Part shown: piece by piece, positions 24,850 through 37,600 of the stretch
Numbering within the stretch: the first letter of the stretch is position 1
Layout: every line of letters begins with the position of its first letter
Origin: Moniliella sp. 'wahieum'
Taxonomy: Eukaryota
NCBI GenBank assembly: GCA_003971905.1
Contig: RSEE01000054.1
Location: 310,001 to 374,000, forward strand
DNA length: 64,000 nt
Direction of reading: 5' to 3'
Translations under genes and position numbers: made by a program
The notes under the pieces: generated by a model
Seen by the model: the letters and a program-made list of their open reading frames with translations, nothing else
Databases searched by the model: none
Told to the model about the DNA's origin: nothing

Positions 24850-27800
24850 GTCTCGTTGCGAGAGAAGACCGCATTCGCACAAGTCGCGGTCAAGAGCGAA
24901 GGGAAATTGCCTCTTTACTCGCTCAACAAAACTATAAAAGGCAATCGAGAGGTGTGCCCGCCTCGTGTGCATCGAGCAGATTGTATCAGGAGACGATATA
25001 CATTGGGTCCTTCGCGGGCGAGACCGCATTTTCCACCTCATACATGTCCTCGAACTCGTCCATCCGCTCCAAGATGTCACAGTATCCCAATCCCTGGTCG
25101 CTCAGGGCGATTGTCCAGGCCCTCAAGGACGGGTTCATTGAAGAACCACACAAGGGACGATGGGATCTGATCGGCACAAGGACTCAGCCGATGGTCATGC
25201 TCAATAAGCATCCACGCGATCTGGCCATTCACATGTACCTTGGCGAATCTGTTCACCTGGTCAGCATTTCGCGCCTATCTTTCCCGTCTTGTGGCAACAC
25301 GACGCTGATAGCGACTCGTGGCACGGGATCGGAATCGACCTGGTCCAAGACGAGACGTCCAACCTGCTGAAGTACACCGGCAACAGGACACGCGCCTTCA
25401 TTCTTACTCAGTTGGACATAACCAAGTTGCGCCTCTAACGACTATACCATTAGTAAGTTTTCTTGCTCTTCACGCAGCGGCAATTCTTGTCGGGTTGACT
25501 GATGACTTCCACATCCTGGTACGACACAGGAACAAGGGACGGGGGAAATTGGGAAGAGCGTCAATCCCCTTCGAGCCAAGGCCTGTGGCCGAGCTCTGGT
25601 CCGTCTCCAGCTAGTGGGCTGGGCTGATGGTTTTGCAGACAATGTGTCCAATCGGCCAAGCTCTCTGAACAGCATGCTGCTGGGCAACATGCACGTTTCA
25701 CGTTCGCAGTCTAGATGGGCAAGGAACCTTTTCTCTTTGCATCGGAAACGGCCAAGTCTCTCCTCCCGTTGTGTGAGCAGTTGGTAAAACAGCTAGAACC
25801 CTAAGTGAGTATCGCAATCTAAGCCAAGTTGCCTTTGAAGTCGCCGCGATTCCTGGGCAAAAGCAGCATGCTAACGTCTTTTTCGAACTTGCAGGCAGTA
25901 TCACGAAGACCTCATCCCTGTCTGGGATTCGACCACCGAGGGATGGATCCTTGTACAGCCCGTGCTGCGGATGTAAAGGGCGACAACGTGGCCGCGAACG
26001 AGATGGCTTCCATTATGGGCATGACTGCCCACGTGTGCTGCCGTTTTTGCGATGGCGGACGGCAACGGGGAACGAATACGTTGGCGGAGAACGTGGCTGA
26101 CTGTCTTGTGCGTATACGACACCACTGGTGTTACTGCTGTGCATCAAAATGGGACTGAATATAACCGGCGGATACATCAAGACGGAAAAGGCGATCTACG
26201 TTCAAGTGTCGAAACTAGGCGCGAAGTCGATCACCAATAACTCGACATGGTCGTCAAGAACGACGGCCGTGTCGACGATCGGGCGAGCCAGACCGGGGTT
26301 AACGAACAAAAGTATATGAAAGACGTATCCTTTATCCTGTTCAAGTCCCGCAAGACTCTGGAGGACTCAGCCGGGGCGACGAATGGCAAGAAGCGGAAGA
26401 GGCTGCTTTCCAATTTGGACTCCGGCGTTCGTGAGCTGCTGGATGAGTTCAAGAACAACGGCTAAGTGTTCAACCCCTTTTGACTGTCCACGAATGGCAG
26501 GGGTGCTCGAGTTTCTCGGTCGGCAAGAGCCTGGCGATCGACGTCATGCACACAGTTCTCCTTGGGCGAGTCAAGGCCTCGGTCGAGCTGCTGACGGACT
26601 CGAACTTCGATAAGGGGCCCTCGCTAGCGCTGTGGCTGGATTCTTTCAACTCGTGGGGCATGGAATCGGTGGGTCGACGGCTCAATGGCACTAAAGTGGT
26701 TCACAGCATGCGCTCAGTCATCACGGGGGTTGACTGCAAGATATTATGCCAGACTCTCCCTCTGGTGCTGCCCAAGTTGGTGGCCACTCTGCGGTTGGAC
26801 TCCGCCAAGCCCGGCGTCACGGAAATGGCGAGACAGAGACTTCTGAGCAAGATTGAGAGGCGGAGAATGTCCGCAAGTGCATTGTGGCCGCCGCACGCAT
26901 TAAGTGGCTTTGCTACATCGATAGCTTCGCATTTCAAGACCGAGCTACATATGGCGTACATCTGAAACTGCTAGCTCTCCTAGGCCCGTGATCATCTTCG
27001 CTAGTCCAAGTTCACAACTACATTCTGCCCCGTACAGATGTGCCCACAGGAACTGCTTGGCAAGGCGTGATTCACATTTTCATGGCCATCGCTGCCATCG
27101 ACCCGGCCATGCTCGTTCGTCGCCCCAAGTTCCACTTCTGAGTCACCTCTCCCAGCAGGCGCTGTTGTGGGGTCCTCTCAAGAACGCTGACACACAGCGT
27201 GAGGAGGAGTTTGTCCGCGTCATGCGCAATGCGGTAATATTTACGAACCGCAAAGATATATGCTGCGACTTGAACTACAAGGTAGCAGCCCAGGAGAACC
27301 TGCAAAACCTGCTATGTGGAGGGCGGGCAATCGACATGCCGCGTGCAAAACTCGTGTCCCGCGATACAACCCCTGACGATGAAGGGGAGGATGTGACACA
27401 GGGTCTGCCCGGTGGGAACACCAAGAAATTGTCCGCAGAGGTCTGGATCGGCAGGGGCCGAGCAGCTTTGCAATTGAATGGTACACCGCCTCAAGCTGGC
27501 ACGACGATTCAGCTCTTGGGCCAAGGGCTCGGCAGTGTGTGGCAAGTCCCTCCCGCACCCGGTACCGGCCGCAACAGCCCTTCCAGCGCTGGATCGTGTC
27601 CGGCTTCGATCCAGACTGTGGCTAAGGCCAAAGTCATATCGGTGCACGACAAGGTTGGGCTTCCTGAACCAATGACAGCAGAGCGGCGTTCTGCCACTGG
27701 GCCGGTCGAAGATAGTCGACCTGCCATTGGTCCGCGTACAGCATGGCCAGCTTTGTGCCAGGGGGGACTGGGCGCTTGTTACCCAACAGGATATGGTGAC

Positions 27801-28403
27801 GTCCCCCCACCCCGCCATGCCCAGAACCATGATGCGCCGCCCTTCTCCATTGTGGCTGGATAGAACACGTTGCCGCCCAACGGCCTAATATGGTTGCTGT
27901 GCACCGGCGGGCCAATCCGACTCGCGAGGGGGGTCGGGAGCAGCGAGGACTGGTTCCAACCTTGTGCTCCCTGTGCTTGGGGTCAATGTCGCTTTGGCTC
28001 GCATCATGCCTATCGACTCGCATATGACATGCGAGGCCTTGAGCTACCCGCGCGTCCGCCCGACGCATGACTTACATTCCGGCTTCGCAGATCCACACCA
28101 TCTTTGGTTCCCTTAACGTCCAGCACAATTGCGTGAAGGCCAAGTGCCGGGTTGTCCCCAACAGCATTACGGATACAACCACTGGCTTGACGTTCGATGG
28201 GGTCCAGCACAACAACTTGTCTGGGATGTCGGCGGAACAGCGCTATACGTGCTCAACCACTTTGTCAACTCTTTCTCTCCCCACACCGATATATTCTGCG
28301 ACTTGCGGACTTGGCTTTTGCCCAGGACTGGGCGGTCGAGGGCGAGAATGTCCCTTCTGCCGACGATGTTTTGGAGGCAGTACAATCCGTAATGAATGTT
28401 TAG
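24850..28403 (+). CDS. Spliced DDE transposase, copy 1 (CACTA/Plavaka-related fungal family), N-terminus missing
   Basis: Motifs GWADG, KGDN..EMASIMG..CCRFC, IDVMHTVLLGRVK, CQTLPLVL, RRPKFH..H..WGPLKNADTQREEEF..TNRKDICCDL, NVQHNC and QHN..YVLN. Introns start at about 25452 and 25806. Collinear with 58930-62410. Confidence 0.75.
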
Positions 28404-29098
28404 ATATTTCCCGAATGGCTACTAATGATGGTAGTCACCACTGTTGATGTATACTCTACACCATCAGTCTATCACAGTTGCTAGCGACTTGGCTGAAAAC
28501 GGACACAGCACATGTGGCTGCCCAAAGATTGCCAAATTGCTGCGGGAGGCTTAGGCTCCAATGGTGCAACGGCCAATTCCTACTATTGGCTGGAGAAACC
28601 TCAGGTTCAATTCGTGGGTGGGCCATCTTTTTTAAGATGTCTCGAGGCTGGCCGCCGTTCACAATATTGTGATTAGAATAGCGGGCAAGGTTGTGACGAG
28701 CTTTATAGGCAGCAATCTAGGGACAACCTCGCTGGGCGGCCTTGCCGCAGTGTGGTCCAAGAGGTTGGGGCTAGCTGTGTTGGCGAGGCTGTGACAAGGT
28801 TGTGCCCCTCAAATCTAAAGACAAGCTTGTGGTGTGGCCGGCAAGGTTCTGGGCTAGAAATTTCGATTAGCTATGTGCCCGTAACCAAATGGGGAAGATT
28901 CGACGGGTGCCGTCTACGGTGACGAGGTGTCCGTTGACAGAGGTCGGAATGTGGGAAGAAACCAATCTCACATCGAAAAAACACAAGCCAAACAAGGTTT
29001 ATCGCTCTGTCAACTCTGCGGTGGGGCTTAGACAGGAGGGGGTTACCAAAACAGGGTCGTCAGCCAACAGTCAGCATCCTCGATCAGGGGGGATCCTT

Positions 29099-29150
29099 TA
29101 TCCCACCTTCCATTTCCGTTATCCCACCTTCCATTTCCGTTATCCCACCT
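29099..29150 (+). repeat. Tandem 21-mer (TATCCCACCTTCCATTTCCGT) x ~2.5
   Basis: Directly visible. Confidence 0.85.
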
Positions 29151-29208
29151 CCATTCTCGTCCCTTCCCACCTTTCTTGTCCAACTCCTGACGGTTTCCGG
29201 CCAACTGA

Positions 29209-30447
29209 TTGAGTAATGCAGGCAACCTCTCGTCTCCAATTAGATGCCTCATCTTCATCATCCAACCTCGTCCTCCAGCTTTCCATCCGCCCAATCACGC
29301 GAGCCTTTCTTCAGCGGCGTCGATTCGCCCTACCACACAGCATATCGCGTGGGTTCCTTTCACAGCTACGTCCACAGCCGCCCCCGCCCAGCTTCAGCCT
29401 TGGCAGTCTTTGTCCTCCACAGCATCTGCTCGTCCAAAAGCTCCGGAGGCTTCAGACACGTTACTACTCCCAAGCCGGCGCATATACAACTTTTCTGCGC
29501 ATGCGGCCGCCTCGGCTTCACGCCCAAGGAACGCAACAAGAGTCACGAGTCGTTGGATTCGGGGCTTACCAGGGCATTTTGACCCGTTGACGGCAAAAAC
29601 GAGCGCATCACACGAGTCCGTTGGTGGGTGGCCGAAGGTGATCCGTGGCTGCAGTGGGTAAGAGAACGAGGAAAGAGTGGAGGCGGTACGTTGGTGAAAT
29701 GACGTCCTAACCCGGTACAGAGTTGGTTACTGGCATGCCCGTCTCTCATTTTCGTTCCACCCCGGTCAACCTTCCATCGTTTGTACCATCATCAGCTCGG
29801 GAACGACTACCGGTCCGCTCATGACCGTCTCCCGCCTCTCGATGGCGACTGCCCCATTCACAGCTGTTACACATCCCCATTGCCCCTGCCAGTTGACATG
29901 GCTATCAAAAAGTCCAGGGCCAAAGCTTGCGATATGTGGGTATCCCCGCATCATCTCCTGTGCAAGGTCAGCTTTACGTTGCCCTTCCCCGCCTCCCCTC
30001 CCGCCACTAGCTCGAAATTGCTTTCGCCCCTGCTGGGACCATCCGCAGCACAGTTTGTCCGCCGGGCATGGCATACTATGTCCGGGAGGGACGCCGGAAG
30101 AATCAGCAGTGACGTCGTGCCAACACTGCTCCCGAGAACGATGGCGAGTACAACGCTTTCATGGGGCAATGTCGGCAACTTGGGGTGTCAGGTTATTGGT
30201 AACACATGGCAGCACATAGAAGATGGGGTGCTGGATATAGCACACAGTTGCGGATAAGCATCCTCCCAGCAATGTTGAGGATTGCATGGGCGTTGGCGAG
30301 ATGATCCTGGGCGAGAAGGACCTGGAGGAGAAGGACCTGGAAGAGATGGGCCTGGAAGAGATGAACCTGGAAGAGATGGATCTGAACCCTGAACCAGTCG
30401 TACAACTGGTACTGACAGATGTTGGGTGTGCCCAGTCTGAGCTCTGA
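29209..30447 (+). CDS. Hypothetical protein ending in an acidic pentapeptide repeat (xxLEE)
   Basis: Consecutive + strand ORFs. A 15-nt repeat at about 30307-30385 reads ILGEKDLEEKDLEEMGLEEMNLEEMDL. Gene structure unresolved. Confidence 0.3.
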
Positions 30448-31097
30448 GCTGACGGGCTGTGTGAGGCTGTGTGAGGCTGTGTGGGCAGGCGAGGGAATGA
30501 GACGGTGAGGAAGCAAAGGCCGAGGGGCGCAGCGCAGCTCAGGCGGTTCCCAATAGGCTTTCGGATCCGGGCAGTGAGCTACGGCAAGGAAATGGTCCAG
30601 GAGCGTGCAGGCTGAGGACGGACACTCAGGCTCAGATCTCAGAAGCCCAGGCCAGCGCCTCGGCAGTGCGTCGACCGTGGGCCGCCCCAATCCGCTGCGA
30701 GCGCCGCCGCCGACCCCACACCGCTGCAATGTCCATGTCTGGCATGGTCACGTGCTCGGGCATCCTCGTATCGCTCACGCGTCGCATCCTATCTCTCACG
30801 CGTCGCACCGTATCTCTCACGTGTCACGCCAGATGCACCGATGGATCATCGATCATCTCAGCGTATGTGCAGCACTCGCTGGGCCCTGGGCAGACGCCTG
30901 GACTACGCTGCCGCCATCGGGAGCAGCCGCGGGTTTAGGAACGGGCCAGCCTGCGTGTTGGTATCTGCGCCCAAGGCCTAATGGCCGCAGACGCCCACGC
31001 TCTTACGCCACCTCGTCGCCCCGCCCCGTTCGATGCTCCGCATCTCCACACGCCGTCTGGCCGCCACCCTCCCCTCGCCCCTCTCCCTCTCACAGCA

Positions 31098-31990
31098 TGG
31101 CCTCCCTCGACGACATCGACGACCTCATCAGCGGGCTCAAGCACACCGTCCATGCAGGGGACCGCGGCCACGCCCTGCGCGACCTGCGATCCAGCCTGTA
31201 CTCCAGCCTCGCCAGCGTAGCCCTCGGCCACCCCACAACGCGTCCAATCGCGCCGATCCTGTCCTGCCGTCCCCCGACCCAGCATCCCCTCCTCTTCCCC
31301 TCGTCCGCACAGGAGAGCGCGACAGTTGGCCCCCCCTTCCTCCCCCCGCCATCGCAGACGCCAACCCCCATCCGCCGCCGTATTGGGAGGGAGACCCCCC
31401 TGCTCTCCCATTCCGCGAAACGAGCCAGCCTCCCATCAGTCGAAGGTCTTGGTCCGCCCCGCGCTCCTCACGCTCCGCCCACTACGCCACTGCACGGTCC
31501 TCCACACCCTACTCCAGTACTCATAGGAAGTTGCATTCTCCCGGAGGGAGGCGCATCTCCGTTAGTTCCGCAGCAAGTCGTACACCACCCCCACGTGTCC
31601 CCCCTGCACGGGTGCGCGGCCGTGTTGGTGGATGCGAAGGATGCCGAGCGACCTACCGCGCGCACGATGGCATCTGGGCCATACTCACTTCACGCATCGC
31701 CTGGCGCCAGGACCCCTGCCATTGTCCGATCTGCCACCTGTTCCCCGCGCCTCACCACAACGCCCTTAGGGTCGCTTGAAGCTGCGTCCCCCAGTGCTGG
31801 CTCCACCACCGACTCGACATCGGGTTCGGTGGCTACCACTCCGCTGCTGGTACGGGTTCCACCGCTGAATCTACCCCTTCTTTTCGCCTCTCCCCTGCAT
31901 GGAGGCACTCCCTCGCCCTTACTCCCATGCACCGAGAGCAGGATATCCCCCTCTCAACCTCTCGCCCGAGTGTCAACGCGACCTGCCTAG
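31098..31990 (+). CDS. Hypothetical P/S-rich protein
   Basis: ATG in CAGCATGG context with a helical-looking start (MASLDDIDDLISGLKHTV..LRDLRSSLY), within the 461-codon ORF. Confidence 0.4.
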
Positions 31991-32443
31991 CTCGAACCCA
32001 GTCCTCACTTCCAACCCACTCGCGATTAAGAACGTGCGAAATCTACCCCTGCATCCGCTGGCAGCATCGTTATCATCGATCTATCATCCTCCTTCTCATC
32101 ATCCATCATGCATCATGCCGCTTACCACACCATGTGACAATTATTGGGTCCATGCGCCCATGTCCCTTAGGCCTTAGGCCTTATCCTACGACCGCCTCCA
32201 CTTTGCATTCGTCCCTCCACATGGAAAGATCTAACTCGACTTCTCACCTGGCCCTCAGCAGGACTGAGCGCGTAGATGTGCCAGAATACCCGGGTATGAG
32301 CACCAACACCTACTGTCATGCATGCTCTGTAACCCGCCCGCCCCAAGCAACGTAGCTGACACAAGACCCAAGCCAGAGATATGCAAACAAAACAAAAATA
32401 CGCAATCACTGACAATGTCTGCACCTCGTTCCTCCTGCACCCC

Positions 32444-33458
32444 TTAGTCTGACCGTCCGCCTGCTCTGCCAGCGCAGCGGCCCCATGTCCCCCGAACGTG
32501 CTTGATCGTTTTGCGCACATTGATCTCCGGTGCAGTCTTGGTAGCTTTGCGGTCCATCCGGCCCAGCACGGCCAACTGCGCCGACCGCTCGGCGGAGCCC
32601 GGCTTCTCATTGGGCGCAAATTTGCGCTTCACGCCCTTTACTCGTGCATCGTCGCCTTTCAGCTTACGGCCAAAGGTGCCGAGCGAAGCGGTGGAGCGCT
32701 TGGTGCGCAACGAGTCGCCCTGTAGGTGACGCTTGTGCGCTTCGCGGGCGGCGAGACGCTTAGTTTTCTCCGTCTCGGCCTGGGCAGCGGCCGAGACTGT
32801 GGCCTGGCCCGGTCCAGGTTCTTGAGCTGTTTCTTCTCGTTGATCGTCTTGCGCTCCTTGCGCTCTTTCTTGGCCTCGGTGCGCGGTTTAAAGTCGGGAT
32901 CTACGTGAAAATCAGGCAGACGCGTCAGTGGGAGAGATTAAACGTAGAGAGAAGAGGAAGAGAAAGGGGGGGGGAGGAACATACCAGCATTGGTACAAAC
33001 TTCATGCAACCATTGTTCTTCGGCATCCTTGTTGTCCCCGCGGAATCCCCAGCGTTGACCCATTCCTTCTTCTCCTCGTCCCATAACTTTGCGGTCCTTC
33101 TTGCTGTGGGAGATACCTTTTCGCGAGCGAACGTTTCCCATTTGGTCAGCGGTTTGCCGCCCGGCATGGGCAGCGGTTCCTCCCGCGGCTCGCACCCCGC
33201 TCCGCAGGCAAGATAGGCGGAAGCGACATCAGCGGTCCATTCTCGGAATGCCTTGTGTATTGAAGGCAGACAAGACCGCATTGAGTCCGTACTTGCGCAC
33301 GCAAGTACACGTCCCGCTGCCCCGACGCGAGCTTGGTCAGGTCAGGTGCGTCAGCCTACATCCAGCTGGATGGGGAGCGGGCCGTGCTTGACCTCCATTG
33401 AGGTCGAGGCGGCGGGTGCCGGCGCAGACGCAGACGCAGGCTCGGCCACAGTCGACAT
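32444..33458 (-). CDS. RRS1: Ribosome biogenesis regulatory protein
   Basis: PREEPLP..KPLTKWETFAREKGI..KKDRK.WDEEKKEWV.RWGFRG.NKD.EEQWLHEV, intron 32984-32901, then DP..EAKKERKERKTINEKKQLKNL and a STASLGTF motif. Frameshifted. Confidence 0.88.
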
Positions 33459-34447
33459 GTGCAGAGCAAGAGGTGGGTTGGGGGGGGTGGCACCGGCAAG
33501 GGCGGCGGCCGAGCCGGCAATGATTAATGAGGGGGCTCACTTGGCCCTCTCTAGGCGAGGCCCCAACGAGAGCTGGGGAGAAAAATATTGCGTTCCGACC
33601 AGCTGGGTGCAACTCGGGGAGGTCCCAGCAACAACAGGTGGGTACGACTCAGCCAGCACTCAACACGCAATGTTCCGCGTCCTCCCGATTTTCCTCAACC
33701 GTTCAACCGTCTTGCGCAGGCACGCTTCCTCATAGCCTCTTCCGAGGTTCATTCGGGGAATGTCACCGTCAGCGGAGAAGATTGCACACAGCTGAAGCCC
33801 AGGCCTCTCAGTCTATTTTGCCGCAGCGGCGGCGCGCAGCGAATGGATGGATGAGGGCGCCATTGACTGCTTCCCTCGCGCATCGAGCATCCGGCGGGGG
33901 GGGGGGGGGGCTGATCAAGCGCAAGACGGCAGCCTCTTGGTGCCCACTGTGCTTGGTACTTACAGTGGCGTTTCCTGTGGAGGGCGGGGGGGCAGAGGAA
34001 GCGAATGATATATGATAGCCGGTGTATTAACCCGAGTGGGGCACCGTAATTATCTCGATGGACTCGATGCACCCACCAGCATTTCGACACGGGCGCTGTG
34101 CGGACTGCCGTGTCGATCCTTCGCCGCTGGTGTGCTGCAGGAGGCACCAGGCCACAGTGCATCCACAGCCGCCCTGTTCCCTGCCCCGCACAAGCGTCGA
34201 CACTGGCCCTGTGCTGCGCGAGGCCTCCCCGCTGAGCAGCGGGCGGTGGCTGGCGTGGTGGGAGGGCGGGGCGGGCAGGCGGGGATGCAGTGGGCTCGCG
34301 TGCTGTGCCGAGCGCCGCAGGGCCGGAGGGGCCGGTGGCGGGTGGGTGAGGCAAGGGCACAGTGCCCCCGTGCGCACCGGTGGGGGCCCTGGCCGGCGGG
34401 TGTGGCAGGATGCACAGCGCATAGCGCTTCCCCAGGACGCGTCCGCC

Positions 34448-34480
34448 CACCACCACCACCACCACCACCACCACCACCAC
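34448..34480 (+). repeat. (CAC)n microsatellite
   Basis: About 11 CAC units. Confidence 0.9.
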
Positions 34481-34618
34481 CCGCGGCGGGATGATGCAGA
34501 CGGCCATGCGCACCGCCCTCGACGACAGCCGCGCCACCGGGAGCTTGACTCGGACGACGGCTACGCCCCCTCTCACCACTCCCACTCCCGCACCCGCCGC
34601 CGCCCACCCCCGTCCGCC

Positions 34619-37600
34619 ATGGACCGCTCCGCCCCCGCACCCGCCTCCGCCTCCTCCACCCCCCGCGCACGCGCCCCGCCCTCGTCCCGGCCCAGCGGCA
34701 ACAACGCCGCCACCAGCAGCTCCAGCGCCAGCATCACGACGATCGAGCGGATCCTTACTCTGACCATGACTGTGGCCCCGATCCGCCGCAGCGACCTCGA
34801 GGCCACGACCGCGACCACGACTACGACCATGATCGCGCCCCCCATCCTCGGTCCCAACGCCGCGCCCGTGCTCCTGCTGCTCCCTCCTCCGCCCCGACTT
34901 GCCTCAATCAAACTCCCATCGCACCCGTTCTTCCCCCCTGCTGAGTCGGAGTGGCGACCACGCACCTACACCCGTGAGCCCGCCTCAGCCACCCCAAAAC
35001 CCGCACGCCCCTCCGAGAGCCTGAGCGTTCTCTTCGCGAGCCGGAACGTTTACTTCGAGAGCCTTCCCGCTCTCCTCGGCAACCTGCAGATTCTCTTCGA
35101 GAGCCTACACGGTCTCCGCGCGAGCCTCCACGTTCCTCCGGTCTCCCTCTTCATCCTTCCTGCCCGACCAGAACGACGAAGATGACTTCTACTCGCGCGA
35201 CCGCCGCCGCGCTCCCCGATCAATTCGCACTGCTCACGCGCCACCTTCCCCCCACTTGCCTGCCGCGACCGCCACAAAACTGGGTCGCCCATCGGCGGGT
35301 CGATATGATGCGGGTCCCCCTTCTCCCCCAGGGGCGTCAGACGCCCATGGCCGCGCTCTCCGCCCTCATGCACGCGCTCATCCCCGGAACCGAGCACCGT
35401 CTCCAGAAGACGAATATTCGGACCGTCCATCGCGCTCGCAGCAACCCCTTGCCAATGACCGCCGCGCCGCACCTGCCTATGGCCGCGCCGCACCAGCGCA
35501 AGAGCATTCTGTCGGTCGCATGCCACCTTCATCTCCGCCGTCTCGCACTCGCCATGTCCCTCTTTTGTCCCAACCTCAATCGCAGTCTCAGTCTAGTCAT
35601 TCCCGTCCCTCGCGTGCTCGACCTTCCCGTGAGGTTTCGTCGTCGTACGATCCTCGGCTGGCCAGTGGGGCCAAAGCGGCTTCATCCACTCGCACGAACC
35701 CAAAACAAGTTAGCCCCGCAGGTTTGCATGATTCATTCCCAGTCGATCCGCGACACCGCCAAGACCTGCACTGGATCCAGCCTCGCCTGCCTGGTGGGGG
35801 CGATCGCTGACCGCCCGCCGCTGTCGGCACCAGCCACCTCGCAACCTTCCCTTCCGCTTGGACCCTACCCGCATCGCGCCTCGTCCTCCTCCGCTCCCAC
35901 GATGCCTCAAACGATCATGTCGTCTAGGTCCGCTGCCTCCTCCAGCTCGGTCGCACGGCAATCTTCAGCCTCGACCGCGTCGGTGCCGACCAAGGTGGAG
36001 GGATCGCCCGAAAGCTTGTCCCATGCTCGTTTCGTGGAGGATCCGTCCAAGCGGGCCCAGATGGACGCGCCACCTTTTCCCAGCCCACTGATTTGACCAA
36101 TCCAGTGATGTTTGCCCAACCACCGCAGCTTGGCCAGCCGGTGTGTTTGCTCAACCGCGAAAGTTGATGCAACCCGTACCGCACATGCAATCTGCGTACG
36201 GCATGCAGTCTGTGCCCCTCATACACCCTACGCAGACGCTTCCCCCCATGCATTCCCAGGCCGGGGATGCAAGGCACGTTGAATCGGTACTGCCTCCAGA
36301 GCCACTTGGTGGCGAGGTGCTCCCGGCTCCTCCTGGGGCATACGTGTTCTCTTCTCCTCCACCGGCCAAATCCTCTCTCGCCCGGTCCTCGAGCTTTGAC
36401 TCGATCGGTTCCGGTGCCGACTCCTTCACCTCAGTCCACGAGTCGGCAGACAAACGCCGCAGTATAACCTCGCTAAGCTCGAGCAGTGCTGAGTCAGATG
36501 GAAGCGAGGGCTTCCGCTCCCCGCAGCGCATGTCGCGTGCAATCAACCCAGACCAACTGCTGGCTTTTGCCAATGAGAACGGATACGATCCCTCTGATCC
36601 GAACCTTGCGCTGATGGCTTCCCTAAGCTACGAGGCAGCAGAAGCCAATGGGGTAGTGGGTGGCGGTCCTCCGCGTAGTCTCTCGCCCAACCCGTATGTG
36701 GAGCCCAAACTGGCGCGGATGGTGGCGCATGTACCGCGGATGACCCATGCCATTCTCCGTTACGCCTCGTCCAATACGGGGATGGAAGAGGAGATGCTGG
36801 ACTTTGAGCTGGATCCGGCCCCGGCCAAATCAAAGTCGGGGATGCGAGCGGCGATGAATATGGTGCATCGGTTGCGCAAGTTACGGACCAAAGAAGTGCC
36901 CGAAGCCAAGCCAGCGCCGGGGCTCAAGGCCTTGGTGTCGGCTTCGGAACCGTTGTTGCTGGCGGGACTGTTGCACTACTTGGATGTGGACGATGTGGTG
37001 GAGCTGCGGAAATCGTGTCGGTCGATCCGCGCGGCACTGGATTCGGCGTTGGGGCAAGAACTGATTCTGCATCGATACCTTGGCCCGATTGGGTACGAGA
37101 CGTGGGACACACAACTGGCTGCGCTCAATGCTGCGGTGCAAGCGGGCCCAGGGGGTGCCGCTTATCTTTCGCGTTTGAGCGAGGGAGAGGTGGATCCGGT
37201 GGCGCTGAGCACAGTGGATGTGATGCACTTTGCATTGGGTCAAGTGGTGCGGTCCGAGTACGAGCCGCTGGCGCAACTGGTGGTGCAGCATGAGGGAGAG
37301 ATTGATCGTCGCTGGCCGCTTTTGGCGCAGGTTACCACTCAGGCGTACAACCGTGTCCTGGCTCGACTTCGGGCACAGCCGCACTACGACCCCAGTGGAA
37401 GTCAGACCGACGCACGAAGCGGCGCGCTAGCGCCTCTCCTGGCCGTCCTGCGCACTGGCCTGCTCGGTCGGAAACTGAACCTGTTCCCTCACGCGTCTCT
37501 GTCCGAGCGATCGGTTCGGGCGTACGAACAGATGGGCATGAAACGCTATGTGGCCGAGGTGCGTGCCTACGACCCGCGCCAGTTGGGAGGAGAGGTGCGT

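Larger units (their letters stand above)
23481..28877. mobile_element. CACTA/EnSpm (CMC)-like TIR DNA transposon, 5.4 kb
   Basis: Perfect 22-bp inverted repeats: CATAGCTAATCGAAATTTCTAG at 23485-23506 and its reverse complement at 28854-28875. The right terminus reads CAC on the minus strand. CCC flanks both sides (23478-80, 28878-80). CAAGGT-type subterminal repeats occur at both ends, and there is an internal transposase. Confidence 0.85.
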
